DNA of 64,000 bases from Mobula hypostoma. Its lineage: Eukaryota. The position numbers and the translations under genes are program-made. Below, piece after piece: positions 1-13,960 of the stretch. Under the pieces are notes generated by a model. It did no database searches and had not been told where the DNA came from. It saw only the letters and a list, made by a program, of their open reading frames with translations. Numbering within the stretch: position 1 is the first letter of the stretch; each line of letters begins with the position of its first letter. Where the stretch lies: assembly GCF_963921235.1 (NCBI RefSeq), contig NC_086097.1, positions 183,088,001 to 183,152,000 on the forward strand, given 5' to 3'.

Positions 1-92
1 CAGGCAACGCAACCTCACTCGCCCAGATGACACAGGGGACTGTCGAAAACCCAGGTTCCAATCGGAAAGTTGCAATACTGCCATCTGCCCAG
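1..92 (+). CDS. SSPO: SCO-spondin exon (5'-truncated by window edge), end of a TSP1 repeat: RQRNLTRPDDTGDCRKPRFQSESCNTAICP(G)
   Basis: Open frame from base 2 with TSP1 C-terminal pattern RxR...C...CN...CP; donor CAG|GTGACA at 92/93; phase 1 matches next exon. Confidence 0.88.
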
Positions 93-199
93 GTGACAGA
101 AAAAGAAATTAATGTTCAACAATCTGATATTATAAAGGGATATGGCATGTACATAACAAATGAAGTTGGCAAATAACAGTCACATTCTCAGTAGGGTTT

Positions 200-1450
200 A
201 TGATGAAATGTCATTTACAAAGATATAGTATTGGCTTACTATTGGCACTTGTACAAATATACAGTGAAATATCTAGTGTTTCAAGAGATCACTGAAGATC
301 ATTTCAACAACATAAGGTATTTGAGGTAGCTCAGCAAAAAGCAATAGCAATGCAGAAGGTAATGTTACAGTCAGAGAGGGCGTGCAGTGCAGGCAGAAAA
401 TCATGATGAGGCAAACGTCCTCTTCTCATAGCTGCCACCAAGGGGAGGTACGGGAACGTGAAGACACTCACCATTTTAGGAACAGCTCCTTGGCCTCCGG
501 TATCAGATTTCTGAATGGACAGTGAACCCATTTACACTACATCACTACTTTTCCCTCTCTTTTTGCACTACCTATTTCATTCAATTTATATGCATATATA
601 TTTCTTATTGTAATTGATGGTGCTTTTTATTATATATTGCTCTGTACTGCTGAGTGCCAGTGATATTAAACCAGATTCTGATTCATCTGGACTGTACAAA
701 AGGTCCAACAGCAAGAGTTGAACTGTCCTTGAGCCTGGGGATGTGTGCTTTTAGATTTTTTTGTCATTGCCGACCGGGAGAGGGGAAAAGAGAGGATGTC
801 CAGGGTGAGTGGGGTCTTTGATGATGATGGCTGCTTTACCAAGACAGTGAGAAGTGCAGGCGGAGTCCATAGAGAGGAAGCCGGTTTCCATAATGGACTG
901 AGCTCTTTCCATAACTCCCTCGCTTCTTTCAGTCTCAGGCAGAACAGTTTCCAAACCAAGTTGTGAAACAGTATATCCAATAGGATGCTTTCTATAGTGC
1001 ATCTACAAATATTAGTGAGTGTCAAACAGGACATGCCCTATTTCCTTAGCCTTCTAAGGAAGTACAGGGAATGTCAGCTTTCCTGGCCTTAGCTTTCTAT
1101 CTGGCTGGATTAGGACAGGCTGTTGGTGATATTTTCACATAGGAACTTGAAGCTCTCCACCCTCTCCACTACAGCATAGCTGACACATACATGGGTGTGT
1201 GCTCTGTCCTGCTTCCTAAAGCCAATAACCAATTCTGTTGTTTTGCTGACATTAAATGAAAAGTTCTTGTCCAAACATTATGCACCTAGAGTCTCTGTTT
1301 CCTTCCCATACTCCATCTTGTCACTATTTGAGATCCAGCCCACTACAGTGGTGTCATCTGTGAAGTTGCAGCAAAATCTGACTGGACAGATATGAATGTA
1401 TAGTAAGTAAAGTAAGGGACTGAGAACACAGCCTTGCAGGGCACCAGAGG
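200..1450. mobile_element. Cluster of old Rex1/Babar-like LINE 3' fragments in mixed orientation
   Basis: Minus-strand [13 protein letters not shown]...NFTDDTTVVG (RT) and IIKDPTHPGHPLFSPLP; plus-strand tail ending ATTAAACCAGATTCTGATTC. Confidence 0.65.
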
Positions 1451-1912
1451 TGTTGCTGCCTGCACTTACTTTAGGGATATTAAGATCCTGAAGTACCAAG
1501 GTTTGGTACAAAGAAAACTAGGAATAAAACCTTACTATTTATTAGAACAGGTGACACAATAGTGTGAATTTATTTTGGTCCCATTCTAAATAGAAAGTCA
1601 GAGAGACATAGAGTAATTTAACATGGATACAGGCCCTCTGGCTCAACAAGTCCATGCCAACCACAGTGCCCACACAGCTACGCACACAAAATGCTGGAGG
1701 AACTAGAAAGAAGCACAGTCAATGTTTCAGGCTGATACTCTTCAGCAGGACTGGAAGGAAAAAGCTGAGGAGTAGATTTGAAAGGTGGCGGGAGGGAAGA
1801 GAGAAACACCAGGTGATAGGTAAAACTTGGAGGGGGAGGGATGAAACAAAGAGCTAGGAAATTGATGGGTGAAAGACAGGCCATGGAAGAAAGAAAAAAA
1901 GGGCGGGGATAA

Positions 1913-3272
1913 CATAGTCATAGTCATACTTTATTGATCCCGAGGGAAATTGATTTTCGTTACAGTTGCCCCAACCAAGAACAGAGTATAAATATAACAA
2001 TATAAAACCATAAATAATTAAATAGTAATATGTAAATTATGCCAGGAAATTAGTCCAGGACCAACGTAATGGCTCAGGGTGTCTGACCCTCCAAGGGGGG
2101 AGTTGTAAAGTTTGATGGCCACAGGCAGAAATGACTTCCTATGATGCTCTGTTTTGCATCTCGGTGGAATGAGTCTCTGGCTGAAAGTACTCCTGTGCCC
2201 AACCAGTACATTATGTAGTGGATGGGAGACATTGTCCAAGATGGCATGCAACTTGGACAGCATCCTCTTTTCAGAGACCACCGTCAGAGAGTCCAGTTCC
2301 ATCCCTACAACATCACTGGCTTTACGAATGAGTTTGTTGCTTCTGTTGGTGTCTGCTACCCTCAGCCTGCTGCCCCAGCACACAACAGCAAACATGATAG
2401 CACTGGCCATCACAGACTCGTAGAACATCCTCAGCATCGTCCGACAGATGATAAAGGACCTCAGTCTCCTCAGGAAATAGAGACGGCTCTGACCCTTCTT
2501 GTAGACAGCCTCAGTGTTCTTAGACCAGTCCAGTTTATTGTCAATTCGTATCCCCAGGTATTTGTAATCCTCCACCATGTCCACACTGACCCCCTGGATG
2601 GAAACAGGGGTCACCGGTGCCTTAGCCCTCCTCAGGTCTACCACCAGCTCCTTAGTCTTTTTCACATTAAGCTGCAGATAATTCTGCTCACACCATGTGA
2701 CAAAGTTTCCTACCGTAGCCCTGTACTCAGCCTCATCTCCCTTGCTGATGCATCCATCTATGGCAGAGTCATCAGAAAACTTCTGAAGATGGTAAGACTC
2801 TGTACGGTAGTTGAAGTCCGAGGTGTAAACGGTGCAGAGAAAGGGAGACAAGACAGTCCCCTGTGGAGCCCCAGTGCTGCTGATCACTCTGTCGGACACA
2901 CAGTGTTGCAAGCACACGTACTGTGGTCTGCCAGTCAGGTAATCAAGAATTCATGACACCAGGAAAGCATCCCACCTGCATCGCAGTCAACTTCTCCCCC
3001 AGCAGAGCAGGGCGGATGGTGTTGAACGCACTGGAGAAGTCAAAAAACATGACCCTCACAGTGCTCGCTGGCTTGTCCAGGTGGGCGTATACACGGTTCA
3101 GCTGGTAGACGATGGCATCCTCAACTCCTAGTCGGGGCTGGTAGGCGAACTGGAGGGGATCTAAGTGTGGCCTAACCATAGGCTGGAGCAGCTCCAGAAC
3201 AAGTCTCTCCAGGGTCTTCATGATGTGGGAGGCCAAAGCTACCGGTCTGTAGTCATTGAGACCGCTGGGGCA
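1913..3272 (-). mobile_element. Rex1/Babar-type LINE, 5'-truncated, relatively young
   Basis: RT ORFs 2943-3356 (from ...NDYRPVAL) and 2018-2917 (GAPQGTVLSP, QKFSDDSAI); 3' end AATAAA plus (TATGAC)n tail; near-identical 3' copy at about 55185-55596. Confidence 0.85.
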
Positions 3273-4723
3273 GCTCATTCCAAATACCCACCTCACTCTG
3301 TCAGTATGTCTCAGCCCATCACTGTTCTCTTCCTTAACTTGCACAACCTTCTCCACAATAAATACAGATAATATGCTTATAGAATATCTTAGGAATTTCC
3401 TTTGCCTTATCCGTCCAAACTATCTAATGTCCTCTTTTTACCATCCCAATTTCTGTTTTAAGCATCCTCCTTATAATCCAACAACTTGATTGCAACTACC
3501 TATTCATGACATTTTCCTGTACGAAGCCTCAATATCTTTCATTACCCAAGGAACCCTAATCCTGCCAACCTTATTTTTCACTCTAACAGAAACTTGCTTA
3601 ACCTACTATCATATTTAAAAGCCTCCCACTTGCCATTTGTCTCTTTACCTGCTAACAGCATCTCCCACTCGTTAATTTGTGGAGCAATCCTATTTTTTTC
3701 CCATAACTATTTTAAAACAATTCAAATTATAGTCACAGGTCCTAAAGTGATCCCAATGAAGCTGCAACATCGTTACCCAATAGTAGGTAGGGCATTTGCA
3801 TGTTGCTCAAGAAAACTTTCCAGGTTACGTATACTTCTGCCGTACCCAAACCCGTACTGGTGTGCAAGTCCTGCTCTATATTCAGAAAGTTGAAATCACC
3901 TACTATTGCAACCCTGTTATCTCCCTACATATTTGTTCCTCTAATTCCAGTGGGCTATTGGGAGTTCTATAACACAACCCCATCAAAATGATCACCATCT
4001 TCTTATTTCTGACTCCACCCACATACCCTTCTGATATCATAAGCCTCTTTAAGGTGCCATTTGGAATGTGTTTAGATACCTCAGTTACCTTCATATAACT
4101 GTGGGAATATATAGCACAGAAACATTAGGCCTGTATCCCACTACTCCTTTCCTATTAAAATACTGATCCAAACAACTTTATAACCCTGTAATTCACCACC
4201 TTCTCTGGTAGCTCGTTCCAGATATTCAACATTCTCTGTGTGGAAAAACGTATCCCTTATATCTTCAAGCAATACACACAAAGATGTTCCACCAGCATTT
4301 TTTGCGTGTGTTGCTTGAATTTCCAGCATCTGCAGATTTCCTTAGGTCTGCCCCCCAGATCTTCTTTCAGTTTCACCCCTCTCACCTTAAACCTTTCTTT
4401 TCTAGACTTCCTTGGCCTGGGAAAAAGATTCTGACAATCTACCCTCTCTGAAAATGAATGTACATATTAAATTACTGAATGAGAGATTGACATCTTTCTT
4501 AAAAGAAACAAAGAAGGTGGTTATTCTGTGGGCGAGGGGAGTTTTCAGGCAGCATATAGAGAGAACCAGAAAGTTTATCAAAACAACTCGACCAGATACA
4601 AGCCTAAGATTAATAGACCAATATTTAAAGATAGTTGGACGGGACAGAAAAGTTTAGGGATAAGGGCCAATGCAGACAAACTGAATGTGACAGTAAGTAC
4701 TTTCAAATTTCGATATATTTCAG

Positions 4724-4837
4724 GAGAGCTCTGTGAAGACCGAGAAAAAGAGTTTGTGTCCTGTGCAAATCACTGTCCGAGGACATGTACTGACCTGTGG
4801 GATCATGTGCAGTGCCTACAAGGAATGTGCAAACCAG
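4724..4837 (+). CDS. SSPO: SCO-spondin exon, TIL domain: (G)[37 protein letters not shown](G)
   Basis: Acceptor TTTCAG|, donor CAG|GTACAG; 114 bp, phase 1-1; TIL cysteine spacing. Confidence 0.93.
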
Positions 4838-5329
4838 GTACAGTACATCGGTTTTGGAAAACCAAACCAGCGCATCTGTGGGGGTCGTCCATTTTATCCA
4901 GTGCAATGATGGGCCCAACACTGATCTCTGTGGCACACCACTAGTTACAGGCCATCAGTCTGAGAGGCAACTGTCTACTACCGCTCTCTGGCCTCTCCCA
5001 CGAAGCCAATGTCTAATCCAATTTATTACCTCATCTTGAATGTCAAGCAACTGAACCTTCTTGACCAATCTCCCATGCAGGACCTTGTCAAAGGCCTTGC
5101 TAAAGTCCATGTGGACAACATCCACTGCGTTGCCTTCATCAAGTTTCCGGTAACTTCCTTGAAAATCTCTGTACGATTGGTTAGACATGCCCTACTACTC
5201 ACAAAGGCATGTTGACTATTCCTAATTAGTCCTTGGCCACCCAAATGCTTATATACCCAGTTCTTTAGAATACCTTCCAATATCTTTCCCACTATTAATG
5301 TCAAGCTTATGTCCTCTCTTACCAGATTC

Positions 5330-6700
5330 TCTCTTCTGCTGAGTTCCTGCAGCATGTTGTGTGTATTACTTTGATTTCCAGCATTTCCAACAGATTTTCT
5401 CTTGTTTGTGATTCACCTATCACCTTCTAGCTAGTCCTCCTTCCCCCTTTTTATTCAGGTGTCTCCCCCCCTTCGTTCCTGGTCCTGAAGAAGTGTTTCA
5501 GCCTGAAATGTCGACTGATTATTCATTTTCATAGATGCTGCCTGACTTGCTGCGTCCTCTAGCATTTTGTGTGTTGCTCCAAATTTCCCCTCTGTGTTTT
5601 CCCTCCAACCTGAAAATGGTCTAATTGTAGCAGAAGAGGAGGCCATGAAAAGACATGTTGGAATTGGTTATGGGGATTGGAAATAAAATTAGTGGGCCAT
5701 CAAATCCTGGTTCTTGCGGATGGAGAGGAGATGCTCGACAACGCAGTCCTCCAATCTACGTTGGGTCTCACCAATGTACAGAAGGCTGCATTGGGAGTAC
5801 CTGACATCATAGATAATCCCAACACATAGGTGGGTGAAATGTTGCCTCACCTGGAAGGACTATTTCAGTTCCTGAACGGAGGTAAGAGAGGAGGTAAATG
5901 GGCAGGTGTAGTACTTTGGCTGCTTGCAAGGATTATTTTGGGACAATTGGACAATCACAGAGGGAGCAACCCCTGCAGAAAGTGGAGAGTGAGGGGGAGG
6001 TAAAGATGTGCTTGGCGGTAGATCCTGTTGAAGATGGTGGAAGTTGTGGAAGAGAATGTGTTGGATGCGCATGGGGTGGTAGGTAAGAACAAGAGGAAAT
6101 CTATCCCTGTTAAGGCAGTGGGAAGATGGGGTGAGCACAGATGTTTGGGGATTGGAGGAGATGCAGATGAGGGTAGCATCAATGGTGGAAGAAGGAGGAC
6201 ATCACGAATGTCCTGGAATAGAAAGCCACGTCCAGGGAACAGATGTGGCAGAGGCAAAGGAGCTAAGAAAAAGGAATAGCATTCTTACTGGAGAGAGGTG
6301 GGAAGCAGTATAGTCAAGTAAGCTGCGGGAATCAGTAGGTTTATAAAAGATATCAGTAGACAGTTTGTCGACAGAGAGATCGAGAAGGGGAAGAGTGTAT
6401 CAGAAATGGACCAAGTGAGTTTAAGGGCAGGGTGGAAGTTAGAGACAAAATTGATGACATTGACGAGCTCAGCATGGGTGCATGAAGCAGCACCAATGCA
6501 GTCAAAGTAGCAGAGGAAGAGTAGGAGAGAATTACTGGGGAAGGCTCGGAACATGGACTGCTCCATGTAGCCAACAAAAAGGCATGCGTACTTCTTCCCA
6601 ACTATTTATTACTTTCCGTAGATGCTGCCGAGTTCCTCCAGCATCTTTATCTGCTGCTCTGGGTTTCCAGCATCTGGAGAATCACTTGTATCAATGATTA
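5330..6700 (-). mobile_element. Decayed Penelope-like element (RT/GIY-YIG body on minus strand about 5600-6590) with oppositely oriented pLTR pieces
   Basis: Translations FLCYFDCIGAASCTHAEL..FHPALKLTWSIS and DRFPLVLTYHP..ILFHNFHHLQQD resemble vertebrate PLE proteins; hammerhead-like core at 5485-5512. Confidence 0.78.
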
Positions 6701-7686
6701 CAGGAGTTGGGATGTTATTTTGAAGATATATAAGATGTTGGCGAAGCCAAATGTAGAGTATTCTGTGCAGATCTAGTCACCTGCCCAAAGGAAAAAAATA
6801 TCAGTGAGCTTGCAAGAGTATAGAAAATTACAAGGCTTTACAAAGACTTGAGGATCTGAGCTATAGGGAAAGGTTGAATAAGTTGCTTCCTGGAGCATAG
6901 GAGGATGAGGGGATATGTCAGAGATACACAAATTATGAGGGGTATAGATAGGGTCAATGCATGGATCTCTATCTGCTGAGGATGGTGAGACTAGAACTGG
7001 AGGTCATAGGTTTAGGGTGAAAGGTGAAATATTTAAGGGAAATCTGAGGGAAGCTTCAGTCCTCAAAGGGTGGTGGAAGTGGTAGATGTAGGTTAAGACA
7101 AGTTTGCATAGGTACATTGTGAAGGTGAAATCAGTCTATGATCTACCTTCCAGAGTTTAGAAATGGATTGTTTTAAAGAGAGTGGATGCTCTAGTTTTCG
7201 TTGTACTGAGTTTTATGGAATGGAACAAAAGTGACATCACATTTAAGGAAGGAGCAAAAGGGGTAAGACTGGAACGAACGAACTGTAATCTAATAACAGT
7301 GGCAGGAAAAGCAAGAGCAAAAGAAAATGGGTATAAGAGTAAGCCCTCAGGCCCTTCTCCTTAAAACCTCCTTGCCATTCAATATGATCATGGCTCCTCT
7401 TGTGTAAATTCCCCAATCTTTCTTTTTCTTGTGTGTAATTTACTTTTTATTGAATTTCATCATCAAACAAACATTTCCATAAGATGTATTTCAGATACTG
7501 TACATATATATCATATAATCATATTTGTCACAAATCTCCACATAACATTTATCTGAGGTATCCACTTATAGAGAGGAAAGAAAGAACAAACGAAAGAAGA
7601 AAACTATGTACAGAGTAGGCAGTGATCTTTTTTTTACAACATATTGACTTATGAGAATAAAATCAGGCTTATGAGGCGTTATGTAG

Positions 7687-10600
7687 TTAAACCATTTTTT
7701 TCCAGTATGAATAAAATTGTTCCAACTTATGATTAACAGATGCTGTTATCTTCTCCATTTTGTAAATGTCCATTGTAATTTTCATCCATACATCTAAAGC
7801 AGGGCTCTCCTGAGATAACCATTTCCTGGTAAGGGTCTTTTTACCAGCCACCAGCAGTACATTCATTAAATATTTATCTTTTTTCAACCATTCTTGGGGT
7901 ATATACCCAAAATATATGGTCTTACTCTGTAAGGGTATTTCACATTTAAAGATGTCTTGTAGGGCGTTATGTATCCCACTCCAATAGTCTTTGATAACGG
8001 GAAATATGATAATGGTTTGCATTTTGATTTCCACAATTTCTCCAGCAAACGGGGGCGGGGGGGCGTTACTATCATAATGGGATTTCTGAGAGAGTGTAAT
8101 AAAATGTCTTATCAAGTTTTTCTACCTGAACTCCCTCCATTTCTGTGAACTGGTACACTTCCATTGATACCTCCATATTATTGTCCAGTCTTCCTCAAAT
8201 ATTATTATCCCTCCTTCCTTCTCCCATTTTGTTTCAATATATGAAGTTGAATGTGTTTTAAGGTTTGATAAACCCTTATACACGCTTGAAATTATTCTAC
8301 TACCGTTGTCTGAATTATATGCTTTTCTAAATAGCTCTATCAGACATGTACTTGCCTTGGTTACATTTTTAACCGTCCTATTAACATACTGTCGCATCTG
8401 TAAATACCAGTAAAAGTGTTGTTTTTCTAATAAGTGTTTCTCTTTGAGCATTTCAAAACTGTCCCTTCTTTCATTATATTACAAATAGCTGTTATTCCTT
8501 TAGCTGTCCAGTCCCTAAATCTAGCATCCAGTTTATTTGGCATAAAATCCGAGTCATATGCACACCATTTAAGAATTGCAATGCCTCTCTCTAGTTTATA
8601 TTCTTTTATAATAGTTATCCATATTTTAAGAGTCCATTTCACCCACGGGTTGTCAATATTATTTATGTAACTTTGTAGGTTGCTATCAGCCAAAATTGCC
8701 TGTATGGGGATGGAAAGTATCCTCTCCTCAATGTTTTTCCATTGAGCATCATATGATGCGTTGCACCAACATATCACAGCTCTCAACTGTGCCGCAAAAT
8801 AACAATCTCTAAGAGAAGGTAGGCCCCATCCCCCCTTTTCCTTGGATAATTGCAAAGTTTTGAGACGAACCCTAGGCCTTTTACCTTGCCATATATATCT
8901 TCATCCATTCATTGAATTGATTTTTATTAATCTCTATTGGTAGGGTCTGAAAGCGATAAAGTAGTTTGGGCAGTATATTCATTTTAATAGATTCAATCCT
9001 TGAACTGAGACCAAGAAAAGGAATTAGGTTCCATCTTGTTATATCTTCCTTAATTTTTTTATATATAGGCTGATAATTGCATTCTGATAATTTTGCCAAA
9101 TCTTTTGGCACAATGATGTCCAAATATTTGACGGACTCTGTTTGCCATGCCCAAGGATATCTTCTTTCAATTTCTCTTGGTGGGCTATAGTTATATGAAA
9201 GTAGTTGGGTTTTATCTATGTTGATCTTGTATCCTGATAATTGGCCATATTGTTCAAAGGATTGCATCAATTTAGGTAAAGAGTTTGTTGGTTGCCCAAG
9301 ATAGATCAAAATGTCATCCGCGTAACAGGCCAATTTACGCTCTGTCCCTTTAATAGTAATTCCCCTGATATCTTCATTTTGTCTGATGTATTGAGCTAAT
9401 GGTTCCAGATATAATGTGAAGAGTAGCGGTGACCATGCACAACCCTGTCTCGTGCCCCTTTCTAGGGTAAAACTATTAGATAAATATCCATTGATTTTAA
9501 TCCTAGCAGTAGGATTGTCATATGGTGCCTGTATAGTTTTAATAATTGTGTCATGTAGACCAAATCTATGTAAAACTCTGTAAATAAAATTCCAATTAAC
9601 TGAATCAAATACCTTTTCAGCATCCAAGCTTAGCACTATTGCTTCAATTTCATTTTTTTATATGATCCATAATGTAAAGTGTCCTTCGTATATTGTCTCG
9701 TGTTTGGCGTTGTTGTATAAAACCTACCTGATCATTATGTATCGGCATGAGTAGAAACTCTTCTAATCGTTTGGCCATGATGGAGGTAAATAATCTATAA
9801 TCCACATTAAGAACAGATATTGGTCTAAATGACCCACATTCCATTTTATCCTTGCCTTCTTTCGGTATAGCTGAGATTATCGCCTCCTTCCAGCTGGGTG
9901 GTATTTGTGCCTTTCTTAGGGCCTAGTTCAGTGTGGGGAGTAAAACAGGAATTAACTCACTTCTAAACTCTGTATACCACTCTGCCGTATATCCATCTGA
10001 TCCTGGTGACTTGCTTAATTTAAGCCTACTAATTGCAGTTTTTAGTTCAGCTTCAGTTATGTCAGCAGTCATCTTTCTATTTTGTTCTTTGCTTAAAATG
10101 GGTAACTCTAAAGAATTCAGGAAGGTGTCAGTTTGGGCTATGCTTCCCCCTGGAACTTTGGAATATAGAGTTTTGTAAAACATTTCAAAAGCTTCTTGAA
10201 TTTCACTTAGTTTATTTTTTTTATCACTTTTGTTTTTGGATCCCTAATTCTATGAATTGTAATTTCTGCTATCTTTATTTTTCAGTATCCAGGCCAGTAT
10301 TTTCATAGATTTAGATCCACTTTCATAGTGTCTCTGTTTCAGAACATTAAATTTTTTCTAATTTCTTGTGTAGCCAAACTATTAATTTCATTCCTAATTT
10401 TTTAAAATTTCCTCTGGTGTATCCTGTGTCAATTTTGTTTTTTTTTTCTAGTTCCTTCAGCTTATTTTGTAATTCTTCTAATGTTTTATTCCTTTTTTTT
10501 TCTTATATGAAGATATCACTATAATTTTCCCTCTTAAGACAGCCTTCAGAGTATCCCCTAGAATGGGAGGTGAAACCTCTCCATTATCATTGAATTCTAA

Positions 10601-11420
10601 GTAAAGACCAATTTTTTTTTTTTAATTTATTCCTTAAAATAGGGATCATTGAGTAGACTTGAATTTAGTTTCCAAATAGTATTCTTTGGTTGTAGGTCAA
10701 AAATCAACAGATAAATATATAGGTGCATGGTCACCTACATCTATTGTCCCAATTCCACAGGTGATTATTTTGTCTCTATCTTTTCCAAATGTTATGAAAT
10801 AGTATATTCTTGTATATGCAGAATGGGGGGCAGAATAATGAGTGTAATCCCTTCTGTCGGGGAAATGGTCCCTCCAGATATCAATTAGACCAACATCCTC
10901 AAAAAGAGTGTTAACTTTCTTATGTAAGGACTTGGTTTCATAAGTTTTTCTATTGGAAGAGTCCAACTTTGGTTGTAATTGTAAATTTAAGTCTCCCCCA
11001 CATATCAAGAGACCTTGTTTCCGTTACCATTATATTAGTAATTTTCTGGAAGAAACTAATATCACTTCCTGGGGGTGCATATATATTCAATAAAGTAACT
11101 GGATTTCCATCTGTATTCCCCCTTACCAGAATATATCTGCCCTCCTTATCTCCCATTTCGAATACTTTTTCAAAATTTAGCTTGCTTAAGATGAGAATAG
11201 CAACTCCTTTTCTATGTCCTGATTTACATGAGGAGAAAAACAAATTAATGAAGCCCATTCTCTTTAATTTTCCATGCTCATTATCATTTAAGTGAGTTTC
11301 CTGTAAATATACTACATGGGGTTGTTCTTTTTTCCTTTTTGATAGAATTTTACTTTGTTTGATTGGATTCAACAGCCCATTGACATTAAAAGAAATGAGT
11401 TTTACTTTGTCCTTAGCCAT
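7687..11420 (-). pseudogene. L1 ORF2p (APE endonuclease, RT, broken CCHC knuckle), fragmented
   Basis: [66 protein letters not shown] across successive ORF fragments. Confidence 0.92.
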
Positions 11421-11999
11421 GTGTATTTATCTATTAGTATATCATTGAAATTTGCAGAATATAACTTAATCGATCTACTCCCTGAACAAATAAGAGCCAA
11501 GAAACACGAATAATTAAAAAAAAGGTAACAAAGGTGTGATTCCAATGCTGAGGTCTCTAGATGACCCTGGGTTGAGCTAGAAGAAACATCTAGCCGTGGG
11601 GGATAGCCCCTCCTACCTGTGAGTTGAGGGCCCCCGCTGCAGTACGTATAAAAGTAAGTAAAAAAAAAATCTATGTCCATTACACAGAAATGATTTCCCT
11701 GTATATTCCTCCCATGTATATATTCTCATTTAGGTGGGGAAAAAGGAATGAATGAATGAATTTTTAAAAATTGAGTAATATAAAATCCACATTATACTAT
11801 GTATTTCTCGAGATAGGTATATTACCGTCTATTTTTGCTTCCGTTTAGTTTATCAGCACTTTTAAAGTTAGACAAACCTTATGGCTCATCTGGAGGAGGT
11901 GAGGGCTGCCCTTGGAGAACTCAGTCTCCTCCTAATATCCTTCTCTCGTCCTGTTCCCATCCCCCGCTTTCTCAGTTCTCTTACTATTTCCCAAGCAGA

Positions 12000-12833
12000 T
12001 CAGGATAATTGCTCAGCCAGACTTACCCTTGGTTTGACCACGCTAATGGGCAGTCCTCTGTTCTTCATGTCTGTAGTCACCTCTTCCACTGTCTGATATA
12101 GTCGTATCCCTTCTTGGTAAAATACCCTCAGTTTAGCAGGGTACGGGGTTTGGAATTTAATCTTTTCTTGCTTTAATATTCGTTTTACTTCGGAATATTC
12201 CTTCAGTTTCTGTAGGACTGCCGGAGGGTAATCATGATCGAAGTATATTAACTCTCCGTTCCAAAAAACTCTCTTCTTACCCCAGGCCCTTCGTAGAATC
12301 TCCGACTTGCTCTTGAATCGAAGGAATCTAAGTACTATTGAGCGCGACTTACTTTCTCTGTCTCCAGGAGGCCGCGGGATGAGCGAACGATGCGCCCACT
12401 CAATTTCAATCTCCATAGTCGGAATCTCCAGCGCTTCCTGCAGCAGCTTGTCTACAAAGTCTATCATGGACAATCCCTCCGCTCCTTCGGGAACATTATA
12501 AATCCTGATATTTTTCCGTTGTGATCTTCCCTCCTGGTCAAGCAATTTATTTTCCTGTTGATTTAATATTTTTATCATCTTACTTAATATCTGTTCCACG
12601 TTTTGCACATGATCTTCCACCTTCTCAATTCGAGTCTCTGCCATCGGTATTTTCTGATTGACGTTGGCGAGCTCTGACTTTATATCATTTAGTTGCTGTT
12701 TTATATCTTTTTGGCCTTCCCTTACCTCTTCCAGAATCTTTATCCTATTTGCCACCACGCGCACGTGTAGGAGAGCCGCTCGCTGTACCTCTCTCTTCCA
12801 TAGGCTCCACAGTGATGCTTTTTTAATCTCCAT
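12000..12833 (-). pseudogene. L1 ORF1p (coiled coil, RRM, CTD)
   Basis: DQEGRSQRKNIRIYNVPEGAE, IEWAHR, IYFDHDY, YPAKLRV motifs; both ends probably damaged. Confidence 0.88.
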
Positions 12834-13821
12834 TCTTTTTCCCTATTCTTGCGCCCCTTATCAATTCAGATGTTTTCGAAAGATCTTATATTTAATGGAT
12901 TAACGGGGCAAAATAAGCGTTTTTCCAGAGGAGCTATTGATTTAAGTTGCCATTCTGAATGATGACGTCACCGGAAGCAAATCCCCCAATCTTTCAAAGA
13001 ATTTTCTACATTCTTAGTAAATACCTTCAGAGACCTGGCTTCCTAAACCTAACTCTATTCCTGTTCAGTAGAAATTTCTAGAGAAGTGACTGTGTACTTG
13101 TATCTTCCTGTTTGAGACTATTACACTTATGTAAACACCTTAATATCTATCTTTGTCATTACCTCATTAGGATCTTAAATATTTCTGTCACTGCTACCCA
13201 TCAATATCCTGTACCCAATTGTAACAATACAATAGAATAATAGCTTTCCTAATGTAGGCATGGTAAAGAGGGCTATCAGAATTTACAGAGGGATCTTGAT
13301 CAGCTGGGTAAGTGGGCCAATGTCAGATGGAGGTTAATTCAGATAAATGTGAAGTGTTGCATTTCAAACTCTGACAAACTAGGGTCGGACTTCTACAGTG
13401 AATTGCAGGGCCTGGGGAGGTAGAAGGGTTTGGAACACAGCTGCATGGTTCCCTGAAAGTGGCATCATGGTTAGAGAGCAACCTTTTGGTATGCTGTCCT
13501 TCATCAATTAGGGCACTGAGTATAGAAGTTAGGATGCTGTGTTGTAGTTGTACAAGACGTTAGTGAGGTTGCAGCTGGAGGATTGTGCTCAGTTAGGGTT
13601 ACCTTGTTATGGGGACAAATGGAATTCAGCTAGAAAGAGTGCAAAGAAGGTTTACAAGGATGTTGCTGGACACGTGGTTGAGTTATGGAGTGAGACTGAG
13701 CAGATTGGGATTCTTTGGACAGTAGGAGAATGAGGTGTGTAAAATCATGAGGGCCATAGATTGGTTTACTATTCTTAACCCTAAGCCTCATTTTGTTGTT
13801 TCCTTTGATCTTTTCTTGTAG

Positions 13822-13960
13822 GTTGCCGATGCCCTAGGGGTCAGTTACTTCAGGACTCCAGCTGTGTGTTGGTCTCAGAGTGTCGCTGTGGTCTACCTAG
13901 CTCAAATGGCACTGTGGAATATCAGCCCGGAGACAGGATCATTGTTCCCTGTGGCACCTG
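13822..13960 (+). CDS. SSPO: SCO-spondin exon: (G)CRCPRGQLLQDSSCVLVSECRCGLPSSNGTVEYQPGDRIIVPCGT(C)
   Basis: Acceptor TTTTCTTGTAG|, donor CTG|GTACGT; phase 1-2; end of TIL, start of vWC-like module. Confidence 0.93.

Larger units (their letters stand above)
7423..12978 (-). mobile_element. Full-length L1-clade LINE (about 5.56 kb), inactivated by frameshifts and stops
   Basis: 17-bp TSD with 1 mismatch (7406-7422 AAATTCCCCAATCTTTC / 12979-12995 AAATCCCCCAATCTTTC); ORF1, spacer, ORF2, AATAAA and short A tail. Confidence 0.93.

Noticed and set aside
2222..2956. 244-aa + strand ORF
   Set aside because: Antisense shadow of the Rex1-type RT
4255..4350. Very short PLE-derived hairpin as another ribozyme cassette
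   Set aside because: Inverted arms are present but the hammerhead core is absent and I could not identify a convincing TSD
4721..4726. Tandem CAGGAG acceptors here and at 56914-56919
   Set aside because: GAG is a rarely used acceptor and there is no evidence of use
4528..4944. Cys-rich ORFs (also 13866-14078, 24336-24620, 35030-35215, 45319-45663) as standalone genes
   Set aside because: They are SSPO exons read through into intron; splice sites delimit the Cys-rich parts
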